From positions 52,266 to 84,265 of the forward strand of contig CAYHYM010000001.1 in assembly GCA_964360965.1 (NCBI GenBank): 32,000 nucleotides of DNA, read 5' to 3'. Each line of letters begins with the position of its first letter. The stretch's first letter is position 1. The notes beneath the pieces were generated by a model, which saw only the letters and a list, made by a program, of their open reading frames with translations, was not told the origin of the DNA and searched no databases. A program made the translations under genes and the position numbers. The stretch comes from an uncultured Gammaproteobacteria bacterium (lineage in GTDB: Bacteria > Patescibacteriota > Microgenomatia > Daviesbacterales > UBA10151). Shown here one piece after another: positions 14,300 to 21,941 of this stretch.

Positions 14300-15502
14300 A
14301 TGGCCACTGAACAAGGAATAATTAATTCTGGACAGGATTTTTTTAATTCACTTAGACTACGACATATTTATGGGGATCTGAATACAATTGAGGCTAAGAT
14401 TAACAAGCGAAGCTTCTTGAGGTTAACTAATCCTGACCCAGACATTGTAGCAGCTGAAGCGGAAAGGATAATTCAAGCTGGACCACTCAGAGGCATTTCC
14501 TTTATTGAAGCAAATAAACAAGGTTACTTTGTTTATGAAGGTGCACCAGTTCCACTTGCTTGGTGGGCACCACATAGGTTCGAAAGACAGTTTCTTACCA
14601 GATTAGCTCATTCACTCACTGGTGAATTTCCTTTTATACTAGATGTTGCATGCGGAACTGGATTACTTGCTAAATTACTAGCAGCAGAAACAGATGCAAA
14701 AGTAGTTGGTTTAGATCCAGGAGAAATATTTAATGAGATGTCTGGTATTGATCGTTTACCAGATACTCCTGGCAATATATTGCTTAGAAAGAAAGATGTT
14801 TGGAAAGCAGTAAATACCTATGGTCCAAAGTATCCTTATCAATTAAACCGAGAAAGAAGAGAATTGTTAAAAAGACTAAAAAGGGAACCTGAAAAAGTAT
14901 CTATTTTCTTATCTCCAGAGTATCCTTACTCATCTTCTGCTAAAGAAGGGTTCAATCGACCCAATGAAGGAGTTGAGGAATTATCTGATGAAGTGAAAAG
15001 AATCCAGGAAATAGCACCTCTTTACAAGGCTCCTTCCCCCATAGATTTAGTAATTTGCAGTTTTATGCCAGTTGGAGCTGATTTAACAGTACCTATCAGA
15101 GATGGCATTTATCCTAAGGGTATTGTTTATGTTAGACAAATGCGTGGTGGGACCGGAACAGGTGATTATTTCTTATATGAATATCTAAATCCTGAAAGTT
15201 CTAAAAGATTAAGATACTCTCAGATAAGTTTTAATCCAGGTGAACATTACCAAGTAGTTGCCAGATGGCCAACCCCAAGTCAAAATAATTGGCATGCTAG
15301 TGAAACTAATAAACTGCAAAGTCCTATGACTGCAGAAGTTGTGGTCCAACTGAGAAAGGATGTTGTTTTAGCCAAGACAGATAGGATCACTTGTCCAAGT
15401 TACCCTTGGGATCAGGATATAGAAGATTTTCTTGGACAAGTATTGAGGAAGGAACTCTTTTTTGCTGGTATTGAACAAGCTACAAATTCCTTATTTGCTT
15501 AA
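14300..15502 (+). CDS. class I SAM-dependent methyltransferase-like protein with large N-terminal and internal extensions
   Basis: 400 aa. Motif I ILDVACGTGLLAKLLA, then VVGLDPGE. A motif-II-like IDLVICSFMP appears only about 125 residues later. Confidence 0.55.
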   Translation: MATEQGIINSGQDFFNSLRLRHIYGDLNTIEAKINKRSFLRLTNPDPDIVAAEAERIIQAGPLRGISFIEANKQGYFVYEGAPVPLAWWAPHRFERQFLTRLAHSLTGEFPFILDVACGTGLLAKLLAAETDAKVVGLDPGEIFNEMSGIDRLPDTPGNILLRKKDVWKAVNTYGPKYPYQLNRERRELLKRLKREPEKVSIFLSPEYPYSSSAKEGFNRPNEGVEELSDEVKRIQEIAPLYKAPSPIDLVICSFMPVGADLTVPIRDGIYPKGIVYVRQMRGGTGTGDYFLYEYLNPESSKRLRYSQISFNPGEHYQVVARWPTPSQNNWHASETNKLQSPMTAEVVVQLRKDVVLAKTDRITCPSYPWDQDIEDFLGQVLRKELFFAGIEQATNSLFA

Positions 15503-15561
15503 TATTCACAACTTCCACCCTTCGATACTTCGACAAGCTCAGTACTCAGGGTAAACCTGAA
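15500..15561 (+). repeat. short form of a 3-prime-flank repeat that starts at the stop codon
   Basis: taatattcacaacttccacccttcgatacttcgacaag + ctcagtactcagggtaaacctgaa. The arms match 17325-17362 (35/38) and 17420-17443 (24/24). Confidence 0.85.
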
Positions 15562-15589
15562 TTAGCTATTTTTGTGCTAGAATTGCTTT

Positions 15590-15961
15590 ATGGCTAAGAA
15601 AGTCATAAGCTATGACCTTTTATTTGAAGTCAAAGATACTCTTGGTAGAAGGATACACACCACAAAAGATTACTGGCAGAAGATTAAAACCTTAAAGCAT
15701 CGAGAATTAAAATATGGTATTAATGAAGTTAAGACTACACTGACAAAACCAGATGAGATAAGAAGAAGTGTGACTGATTCTACTATTTTACTCTATGCAC
15801 AAAGACAGCAAAATTATGATATACTTATTGTGGCAGTTAAGGTTTTAAATGGTGAGGGTTTCTTAGTGACAGTTTATCAGACTAAGGATTATAAAAAGAA
15901 AGGAGAACTTATATGGCCAAAGCAAAAACAGAGGCTCGCCCTGAGCGAAGCCGAAGGGTAA
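15590..15961 (+). CDS. hypothetical protein, putative toxin-like partner of a DUF2283-like protein
   Basis: 123 aa. tgctagaat at 15575-15583 lies 6 nt before the ATG. ...PDEIRRSVTDSTILLYA...ILIVAVKVLNGEGFLVTVYQTKDYKKKGELIW recalls an uncharacterised small-protein family I cannot name with certainty. The last 8 codons lie in a GC-rich patch. Confidence 0.5.
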   Translation: MAKKVISYDLLFEVKDTLGRRIHTTKDYWQKIKTLKHRELKYGINEVKTTLTKPDEIRRSVTDSTILLYAQRQQNYDILIVAVKVLNGEGFLVTVYQTKDYKKKGELIWPKQKQRLALSEAEG

Positions 15962-16200
15962 AAATTTATCTTGATCCTGTAGCAAATACCTTTAATATTT
16001 GGTGGGATGATCCTAAAAAGGCTTATTCCTCTGAAGAGGTAGATTCTCCAAACAGGAATGACGTAATTATTAAAGATAAACAAGGCAAACCAATTAGTTT
16101 GGAAGTGATTGGTATATTTCCAAGTGAACTAAATGTGGCAGAGAAGCTTAAAAGGACAATTGGAACTCCCAAAGAACCACTGCTTCTTCAATCAATTTAA
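15913..16200 (+). CDS. DUF2283-like small protein (putative antitoxin-like partner)
   Basis: 95 aa. KIYLDPVANTFNIWW...VIIKDKQGKPISLEVIG resembles the DUF2283 pattern (YD...D.LYI ... D..G.IVGIEI). It overlaps the upstream gene by 49 nt across the GC-rich patch 15931-15959. Confidence 0.45.
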   Translation: MAKAKTEARPERSRRVKIYLDPVANTFNIWWDDPKKAYSSEEVDSPNRNDVIIKDKQGKPISLEVIGIFPSELNVAEKLKRTIGTPKEPLLLQSI

Positions 16201-16230
16201 TCCTTAATCTTTTTCTCTAAAGGTGTTCCT

Positions 16231-16289
16231 TTAACATGAGGCAGGATATCTTTTAATAGATTCTCTGAGACTGTAATTAATTTGGGCAT
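16231..16289 (-). repeat. 59-nt repeat, copy B
   Basis: Matches 13566-13624 at 51/59. It opens a 30-codon minus-strand ORF (16197-16289, MPKLITVSENLLKDILPHVKGTPLEKKIKD) that overlaps the stop of 15913-16200. Confidence 0.8.
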
Positions 16290-16358
16290 GACACAATTTT
16301 AGTCTATTAGATCTGGACAAAATGATAAAGTTGTGTAAAATAAACTAAAGTTTAATTT

Positions 16359-17327
16359 ATGACTCAAGAAACAAGAGCAGCTTTACTATTCCCAGGTCAA
16401 GGATTACCTTCTAAAGATATTGTTGCATGTTATCAAAGACTCAATAGTATTGATTCTACTCATATACAACAAAGATTAGGACGAGCCCAAGATGCAATAA
16501 ATAAAGTTCATGGAAGTGCTGCTTTTGATATTAATATTGCTTTGCAGGATGAAAAATCTCCAAGCTTTACTCAGACTTCTTTTGTACAACCTGTGGTTTA
16601 TACCCTTAGCGTCCTTACCTCTGAAATTACTGATGCTCACGGTATTGCCAGAATTGCTCCCAGTTTTGTGGCTGGGCATAGTTTAGGTGAGTACTCTGCT
16701 CTAACCAGGGCCAAAGTCTTTGATTTTGAACAAGGAGTTGATCTTGTTACATACCGAGGTTTGGTAATGGAAGAGGCATGTCAGAAAACCAAAAGCGTTT
16801 TACTTAGAATCAGTGGGTTAGCAGAAGATAGAGTAAGGGAACTTTGTCAACCAGGAGGCACAAGAATTGCTGAAGTTGCTTTGATCAATGCTCCAACATT
16901 GATAGTGGTAGGTTGTGCAGCAGAAGCTGCAACTGAAGTAGATAGATTAGCCAAAGAAGCTGGAGCTAGAGGTGCAACTGATTTAGGAACAGCTGGGGCT
17001 TTTCATACCACATTTATGGAAGAAGCAGCTGACAAATTGGATAAAAAACTATTTGAATATGACTTTAAACACCCAGAAATTCCAGTTGTAACTAATTTTA
17101 CAGGAAAACCTATATATCATAGTATGCAAGCACAAGATCATCTAATTCAAGGCATGATCAATCCAGTTCAGTGGGCTAAGGTATTAGAAACTTTACAGAC
17201 ATCAGGTGTCACGGTTTTTGCTGAAGTTGGCCCTGGAACTTCACTGGCTGCTTTAAATAGGATTAACAATATTCCTGAGGATAGAACAATAAATGTTCTT
17301 AACTGGTTTGAACCACGAGGTACTTAA
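16359..17327 (+). CDS. malonyl-CoA:ACP transacylase (FabD)-like acyltransferase
   Basis: 322 aa. ALLFPGQG near the N-terminus, nucleophile elbow GHSLGEYSAL, YRGLVM (Arg of malonyl-type enzymes) and GAFHTTFM. No other fatty-acid or polyketide gene is in the window. Confidence 0.85.
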   Translation: MTQETRAALLFPGQGLPSKDIVACYQRLNSIDSTHIQQRLGRAQDAINKVHGSAAFDINIALQDEKSPSFTQTSFVQPVVYTLSVLTSEITDAHGIARIAPSFVAGHSLGEYSALTRAKVFDFEQGVDLVTYRGLVMEEACQKTKSVLLRISGLAEDRVRELCQPGGTRIAEVALINAPTLIVVGCAAEAATEVDRLAKEAGARGATDLGTAGAFHTTFMEEAADKLDKKLFEYDFKHPEIPVVTNFTGKPIYHSMQAQDHLIQGMINPVQWAKVLETLQTSGVTVFAEVGPGTSLAALNRINNIPEDRTINVLNWFEPRGT

Positions 17328-17443
17328 TATGTACAGCTTCCACCCTTCGATACTTCGACAAGACTTCGACGGTGAGTCTTTCGACCCTGAGCTCAAGACC
17401 GAAGGGCTCAGTCGAACCGCTCAGTACTCAGGGTAAACCTGAA
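17325..17443 (+). repeat. long form of the 3-prime-flank repeat (same arms as 15500-15561 plus a 57-nt internal insertion)
   Basis: Insertion at 17363-17419: acttcgacggtgagtctttcgaccctgagctcaagaccgaagggctcagtcgaaccg, with the imperfect palindrome tcgaccctgagc ... gctcagtcga. Confidence 0.85.
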
Positions 17444-17591
17444 GCTGTTATTAAAAAGAGATTAGAACCTACTTCATAATAAGCTGCTTCATTTCCTCCA
17501 TCAGAATATGCTTTAGAGCCTAAAAATTTAAGTAGTTTGATATACAAAATATACCTTGTATTTTAACAATTAGGATAATAAGATAGATACC

Positions 17592-17948
17592 ATGGATGAA
17601 AGTAAACTTAAAACAATAGTTGAAGAAGTGGTAAATAAAGCCGTGGATCCAATCAAAAAACAGCTTGAAGATCCTAAAACTGGTTTAGCAGCAATCAATA
17701 GAAGGCTTGATGGTGTAGGAGGACAGTTGAATGATCCAGATACAGGATTAAAAAGAATTAATGAGAGATTAGATGCTAATACAGCAGCAGTCGTGGAACT
17801 TGAGAGTACAATAAAAGGCTACGCTGATTCATACCAGACAAATGATGCTAATATTAGGAAAGTGGAAAAAAGATTGGAAACTTTGGAAGAGGATGCAAGA
17901 GTAAATGTCCCTTCTGAGTTACAACTTGCTCCTCAATCTGACCTTTAA
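17592..17948 (+). CDS. coiled-coil protein with an internal repeat, unknown function
   Basis: 118 aa. DPKTGLAAINRRLDGVGGQL followed by NDPDTGLKRINERLDANTAAV is a direct repeat of DP.TGL..IN.RLD. Confidence 0.5.
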   Translation: MDESKLKTIVEEVVNKAVDPIKKQLEDPKTGLAAINRRLDGVGGQLNDPDTGLKRINERLDANTAAVVELESTIKGYADSYQTNDANIRKVEKRLETLEEDARVNVPSELQLAPQSDL

Positions 17949-17962
17949 TGCAAAACCTTTCA

Positions 17963-19273
17963 TCAGTTGTGTTCAATATATGCTTTGTAGCCAACTAGCT
18001 TTTTGTTATCCCCAGAGCCAGAGTAGATATTTTTAACTCCGAAGGTTAAAAAGAGATCATCTTTGGAATAGGTAATGGTAGTACCAGTATTATCTTGGGA
18101 ATTTAAAGTCTCTTTAAAGTTAGAATTGGTAAGTTGATTTGTATAGTAATCCAAAAAGGCTTGAGGAATTGATAATAATTGTTCAGATTCCAGATAAATA
18201 CCTTCCTCCTCAATTCTTCTTTTGCCTGAAGTAAAAAGTAATACCTTCTTTTGGGTTTTCTCCCATTTAATATCTGAGTAGAGTTTAGGGAGTCCCGTAC
18301 CATTCGGTACAGGATTAAAAGTAGTAAGTCCGCCTGTTGGAGAAACAGGGCTAGGTGAAGGCGTAGTCTCAAAAGAGATAATCTCGGAGACCTCTATTAA
18401 ATTAGGGGTGGGGGTTAAGTTGCCCTTAATTTGAACTTTCATGCCTTCAAAATCTGATAAGTTAACATTTTTTGATGCAGGGTTAAGGGTCCAGAGGGTT
18501 TTATTTTTATCATTTGCTTGCAGGTAATATCCTGCTGAGGATTTTTGGATTATTCCCTGGGCAGTAATACCTCTGTGTAAGATGGGAGAGAAATTAGGGA
18601 ATAGTTTACCAAGACCATAGTTTATACCTGATTTAAAACCTATCCCAAAACCTCCCAACCCCCCGCCCACTCCTGCCATGATAATAATTAAAGCTAAAAC
18701 AGGGATTCTTAAGGTAATCATCTGTCTTTTGAGCAGTTTATTTAAAAAAGCTCTTAAATAAGTAACAGGATTAGTTAAGAAAAAACCAAACAAAGGAGGA
18801 TCTTTTTTAGAAGAAGGTTGGGTATTTTGATTTATTTCTATAATGGGAGGAAGTCCCGCACCAGACGGTGCAGGATTAGGGGTATTTGGCTCGCCTGGTG
18901 GCGAAGCTGGGACAGGAGGAGGGGTAGTCTGTTCAACCTTTTCTTCATGTTCAGGGATAAATCTTCCATGTTCATCTCTTTTTTGATGGGAAGCCACAGC
19001 AGAATGGACTAAGTTTTCTGAAACAGGATATTGAGGGTAATCAGGGATATTGGGAGAATTTGGTTCGATTACTTCGACTGTGCTCAGTACAGGTACACTC
19101 ACCACAGGTGGGGTATTAGGGGCTGAAGGAGTAGGTGTTTGAGGAAAGGTTGGATTAACAGATTGTTGGTAGGGATTATCGGGATCTACAGGATTAGTAT
19201 GAGGGTTAAAGTTTGACCCAAAAGAAGGAGGGGGATTATTTTGATCCGGAGGATCTTTAGGCAGATTATCCAT
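17963..19273 (-). CDS. membrane-anchored protein with a Pro/Asn/Thr-rich N-terminal region, unknown function
   Basis: 436 aa. About 170 aa of low-complexity P-rich sequence, a TM segment IPVLALIIIMAGVGGGLGGFGIGF, and a C-terminal about 220-aa globular part. Confidence 0.6.
   Translation of the reverse strand: MDNLPKDPPDQNNPPPSFGSNFNPHTNPVDPDNPYQQSVNPTFPQTPTPSAPNTPPVVSVPVLSTVEVIEPNSPNIPDYPQYPVSENLVHSAVASHQKRDEHGRFIPEHEEKVEQTTPPPVPASPPGEPNTPNPAPSGAGLPPIIEINQNTQPSSKKDPPLFGFFLTNPVTYLRAFLNKLLKRQMITLRIPVLALIIIMAGVGGGLGGFGIGFKSGINYGLGKLFPNFSPILHRGITAQGIIQKSSAGYYLQANDKNKTLWTLNPASKNVNLSDFEGMKVQIKGNLTPTPNLIEVSEIISFETTPSPSPVSPTGGLTTFNPVPNGTGLPKLYSDIKWEKTQKKVLLFTSGKRRIEEEGIYLESEQLLSIPQAFLDYYTNQLTNSNFKETLNSQDNTGTTITYSKDDLFLTFGVKNIYSGSGDNKKLVGYKAYIEHN
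19062..19104. repeat. cttcgac/ctcagtacagg repeat copy embedded in frame in the P-rich ORF
   Basis: ggttcgattacttcgactgtgctcagtacaggtacactcacca matches 11002-11044 at 36/43. It is translated on the minus strand as ...VVSVPVLSTVEVIEP.... Confidence 0.7.
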
Positions 19274-19428
19274 GAAATTAGTATAGAACTAATTTGCAGA
19301 TTAAAGCAATAAATTGATTAGAGGGTGAGTTTAGGTGATGCAACTGTGTATATTGATAGGATATTAGTTTCTCCTAAAATTTTAAGCAGAACGTAAGAAC
19401 GTAAATTTTAAAAATTGTACGTGGTCAA

Positions 19429-19968
19429 TTAAGGCTTCATTATGAAAGGCTCAAGGTCTTCTCTTTTTAAAAGAGTAGATTCTGAACAATTTGCTACCAT
19501 AGCCACACTTGGCATGTGTGAGAAACCTACATATTCAACAAACTTACCTTTTTCTTTGGCTTTCTTAACTGCCGGAAGAAGATCTGTATCTGATGAAACT
19601 AAAGTAATATGGTCGCAAAGATTTTCATAGGTTGCGACCAAGATATCTACGGCTATATTGACATCTACTCCTTTCTCGTGCATTTTGCCTTTTGATTTTA
19701 ATAAATATCCCAATGAGTATCTGAATTTGTGCTTTTTTAAGTGTGCTAATAGCTTTTGTTGTTTGTCAAACAACCCTTGAACATGTTTTGTGCGATTAGT
19801 TCTGACTGCTCCCACATAATATATACACTCTACTAATTCTCCTTTTTTAGAAAGACTTTTGGCAAAAGAAGAAAAATTAAACGCTAACTCATTATGAAGT
19901 TTTAGATCTTTAAGCTTGAAGTAGAAGTTACTACCATCAATTAACACTATATAACGTTGTTTAGTCAT
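19429..19968 (-). CDS. NYN (LabA/DUF88-like) domain protein, putative RNase
   Basis: IVLIDGSNFYF, GVDVNIAVDILV, LVSSDTDLLPAVKKAKEKG. I use the ATG at 19968 (MTKQRY), 8 nt after a minus-strand tataat (19977-19982). The ORF track starts at the TTG at 19977. Confidence 0.8.
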   Translation of the reverse strand: MTKQRYIVLIDGSNFYFKLKDLKLHNELAFNFSSFAKSLSKKGELVECIYYVGAVRTNRTKHVQGLFDKQQKLLAHLKKHKFRYSLGYLLKSKGKMHEKGVDVNIAVDILVATYENLCDHITLVSSDTDLLPAVKKAKEKGKFVEYVGFSHMPSVAMVANCSESTLLKREDLEPFIMKP

Positions 19969-20005
19969 TGAGACCAATTATATAGCAAAGCTTGGGATAA
20001 AAAAA

Positions 20006-20034
20006 TCCTGCAAATGCCTTGCGGCCTTGCAGGA
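20006..20034. repeat. CCTGCA...TGCAGG hairpin (REP-like)
   Basis: tcctgcaa (20006-20013) pairs with ttgcagga (20027-20034) around a 13-nt GC-rich loop. Same stem core as 10607-10620. Confidence 0.5.
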
Positions 20035-20147
20035 GAGTTAAGTAATTGTATACTAACAAAATATTGGCAATATGTCAAGAAAAAATTGTAGGTGAGCAGT
20101 TGGCAGTGAAAACTTTATAGCAGAAACAAGAAGATATGTAAAGCAAA

Positions 20148-20176
20148 TTGCATATAGGCTCGTAAATCACTATAAT
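20148..20176 (+). promoter_or_regulatory. promoter TTGCAT-17-TATAAT, leaderless geometry
   Basis: ttgcat at 20148-20153 and tataat at 20171-20176. The ATG at 20183 is 6 nt after the -10. Confidence 0.55.
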
Positions 20177-20182
20177 TGCAGC

Positions 20183-20722
20183 ATGGCTATTGAAAGATTT
20201 ATTAAAGGCAGAATTATTGGCCCATATTTTGAAAGAGTAAGAAGGCAAAGGGAACAATCACAGCAACAGGTACAAGTGGAAACTGCTCGCGGAGAAATTA
20301 ATGCTCTTTTAGAGGATATATTTCCCAATGACACTGTTAAGGAATATACATTCAAAGATCCTGATATAGATTGGCCTCAACAGCTACCTTCATTAGTAAA
20401 CTTACACCCAGAAATTACTGATAAGGATTTAATATCAATCTCAGTTGATAGAGAATACTTAGGATGTCCCACTCTGCATATTAGTATGTATTTTGGGTAT
20501 TTTACAGATCCGCCTTATTATACAGTAACATCCTTGTTAGACAACAATCTTAGCAGTATTGAGGTTTATTCTGTAGCGACTACTGGAGATGCAATGACCC
20601 AAAGGTATAATAGTGAAAGTTATGTTGCTGAAATGCTTAGGTTAAAATTTATCAAGGAATCTTTATCCTTTGCCCTTTTGTGTAAGCAGTCTGAACTCCC
20701 TGATAGTGATGCAAGTCCATAA
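20183..20722 (+). CDS. hypothetical protein (no recognisable family)
   Basis: 179-aa ORF directly behind a near-consensus promoter. Confidence 0.55.
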   Translation: MAIERFIKGRIIGPYFERVRRQREQSQQQVQVETARGEINALLEDIFPNDTVKEYTFKDPDIDWPQQLPSLVNLHPEITDKDLISISVDREYLGCPTLHISMYFGYFTDPPYYTVTSLLDNNLSSIEVYSVATTGDAMTQRYNSESYVAEMLRLKFIKESLSFALLCKQSELPDSDASP

Positions 20723-20807
20723 AGATATGGTATGTTAGTTTCTCTCAATTTTAAACAATTTTAGGTTCCCTCCAGAGGCGGGCAGGCAAAAAAGGCAAAT
20801 TTTTGTG

Positions 20808-21494
20808 TCAATTAAGGCTGACACAATTCTGCCAGCGGGACAATTTATTTCTGATAAAACTTTTTAGCCTAGTTAATACACCTTCTCGTGGTTGAACTTT
20901 AGTAAATCTTGCTATATAAGGTAATTCTGGTATATATCCATGCATTTTATAAAAATGTTGGGTAAATGAAGGTAGGTTAAATAATTCAGCATCAAAACCA
21001 TCAGCATATTGATCTATAGCTGCAATATTTCCGATGTCAAAATTATTATGCTCTGTTAATCCCAAGGAATGCATATTGCTTCTTACTTCATTAAAAGGTG
21101 ATTCCCAAGGAGTATATGTTTCAACTACAGTTAATACTCCACCTATCTTTAATACTCTTGTTGCATCTTGGGTCATTTGTATACGATTTTGTGGAGGGAT
21201 TTTTTCATAACCAAATACATTACAAAATACAATTTCATCTACACTTTCAGTTCTTAGGGGCAACCCACGACCATCTGCTTTTACTAAATGGACATTTCTC
21301 TTATCTAAGCCCTCATGCTTTTTTATTCTATCTTTAGCATTAGCAAGAGTTGATTTATAATCACCATATAGATACACTCCTATATAGCATTCATTTTCAC
21401 TCAACTGTCTCTTACCAACTGTGGGGAATGGTTTTTCACCTACACCTATCTCAAGAATAATTCTTTTTTCGCCTTCACAACCCATGATGTGCAA
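20808..21494 (-). CDS. class I SAM-dependent methyltransferase-like protein
   Basis: 228 aa. ILEIGVGEKPFP (motif I-like), VDEIVFCNVFGY, LKIGGVLTVVE. The start could be the ATG at 21485. Confidence 0.55.
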   Translation of the reverse strand: MHIMGCEGEKRIILEIGVGEKPFPTVGKRQLSENECYIGVYLYGDYKSTLANAKDRIKKHEGLDKRNVHLVKADGRGLPLRTESVDEIVFCNVFGYEKIPPQNRIQMTQDATRVLKIGGVLTVVETYTPWESPFNEVRSNMHSLGLTEHNNFDIGNIAAIDQYADGFDAELFNLPSFTQHFYKMHGYIPELPYIARFTKVQPREGVLTRLKSFIRNKLSRWQNCVSLN

Positions 21495-21534
21495 TTATAG
21501 TCCGAACCTAACTCAGATTCAACCTATAGCTATT

Positions 21535-21879
21535 TTACAAAAATGTCTTCTGGCAGAGTATTAAGGTACTCTCTCTTTCATGAACGAATACATTCTGTTT
21601 GGTACCAGGTATAATGTGGAAAGCTACTTGCTCTGGCACTCCTTCATCTTTACGAGAGAATGATGCTAATATTATATCTTGCAACCGTTTTTGTAGAAAT
21701 AAAAACTCCTCGTCTGTAAGCCTGGTAATCTCATCATAAGAAAAGACAATTCTAGCCTCATCATATTCGGCCTCGACTTCGTCCTCTAAATCAATTCCTG
21801 ATATTTTTCTTGACCAATAATATAAACGATTGTACCAATATATTGGTAGATCGATTGCTTGGGGGTACTCTTTCCTCAA
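21535..21879 (-). CDS. hypothetical protein
   Basis: 114-aa ORF with a TTG start only. An ATG-initiated 36-codon ORF in another frame overlaps its 5-prime end (see rejected notes). Confidence 0.4.
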   Translation of the reverse strand: MRKEYPQAIDLPIYWYNRLYYWSRKISGIDLEDEVEAEYDEARIVFSYDEITRLTDEEFLFLQKRLQDIILASFSRKDEGVPEQVAFHIIPGTKQNVFVHERESTLILCQKTFL

Positions 21880-21941
21880 TTCGCTGGTTTAAACTTTCTA
21901 TCATACTTTTTAGTTTATTATTTGTGAGATTACTCCAGCTT

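Noticed and set aside
21866-21941. Possible frameshift at the 5-prime end of 21535-21879. An ATG-initiated ORF (MIESLNQRIEERVPPSN...) in another frame overlaps the TTG start, next to a C5/G5 homopolymer (21865-21869).
   Set aside because: The alternative frame terminates after 36 codons, and the TTG-initiated frame is self-consistent. Without reads or homologues I cannot distinguish a sequencing indel from a genuine TTG start.
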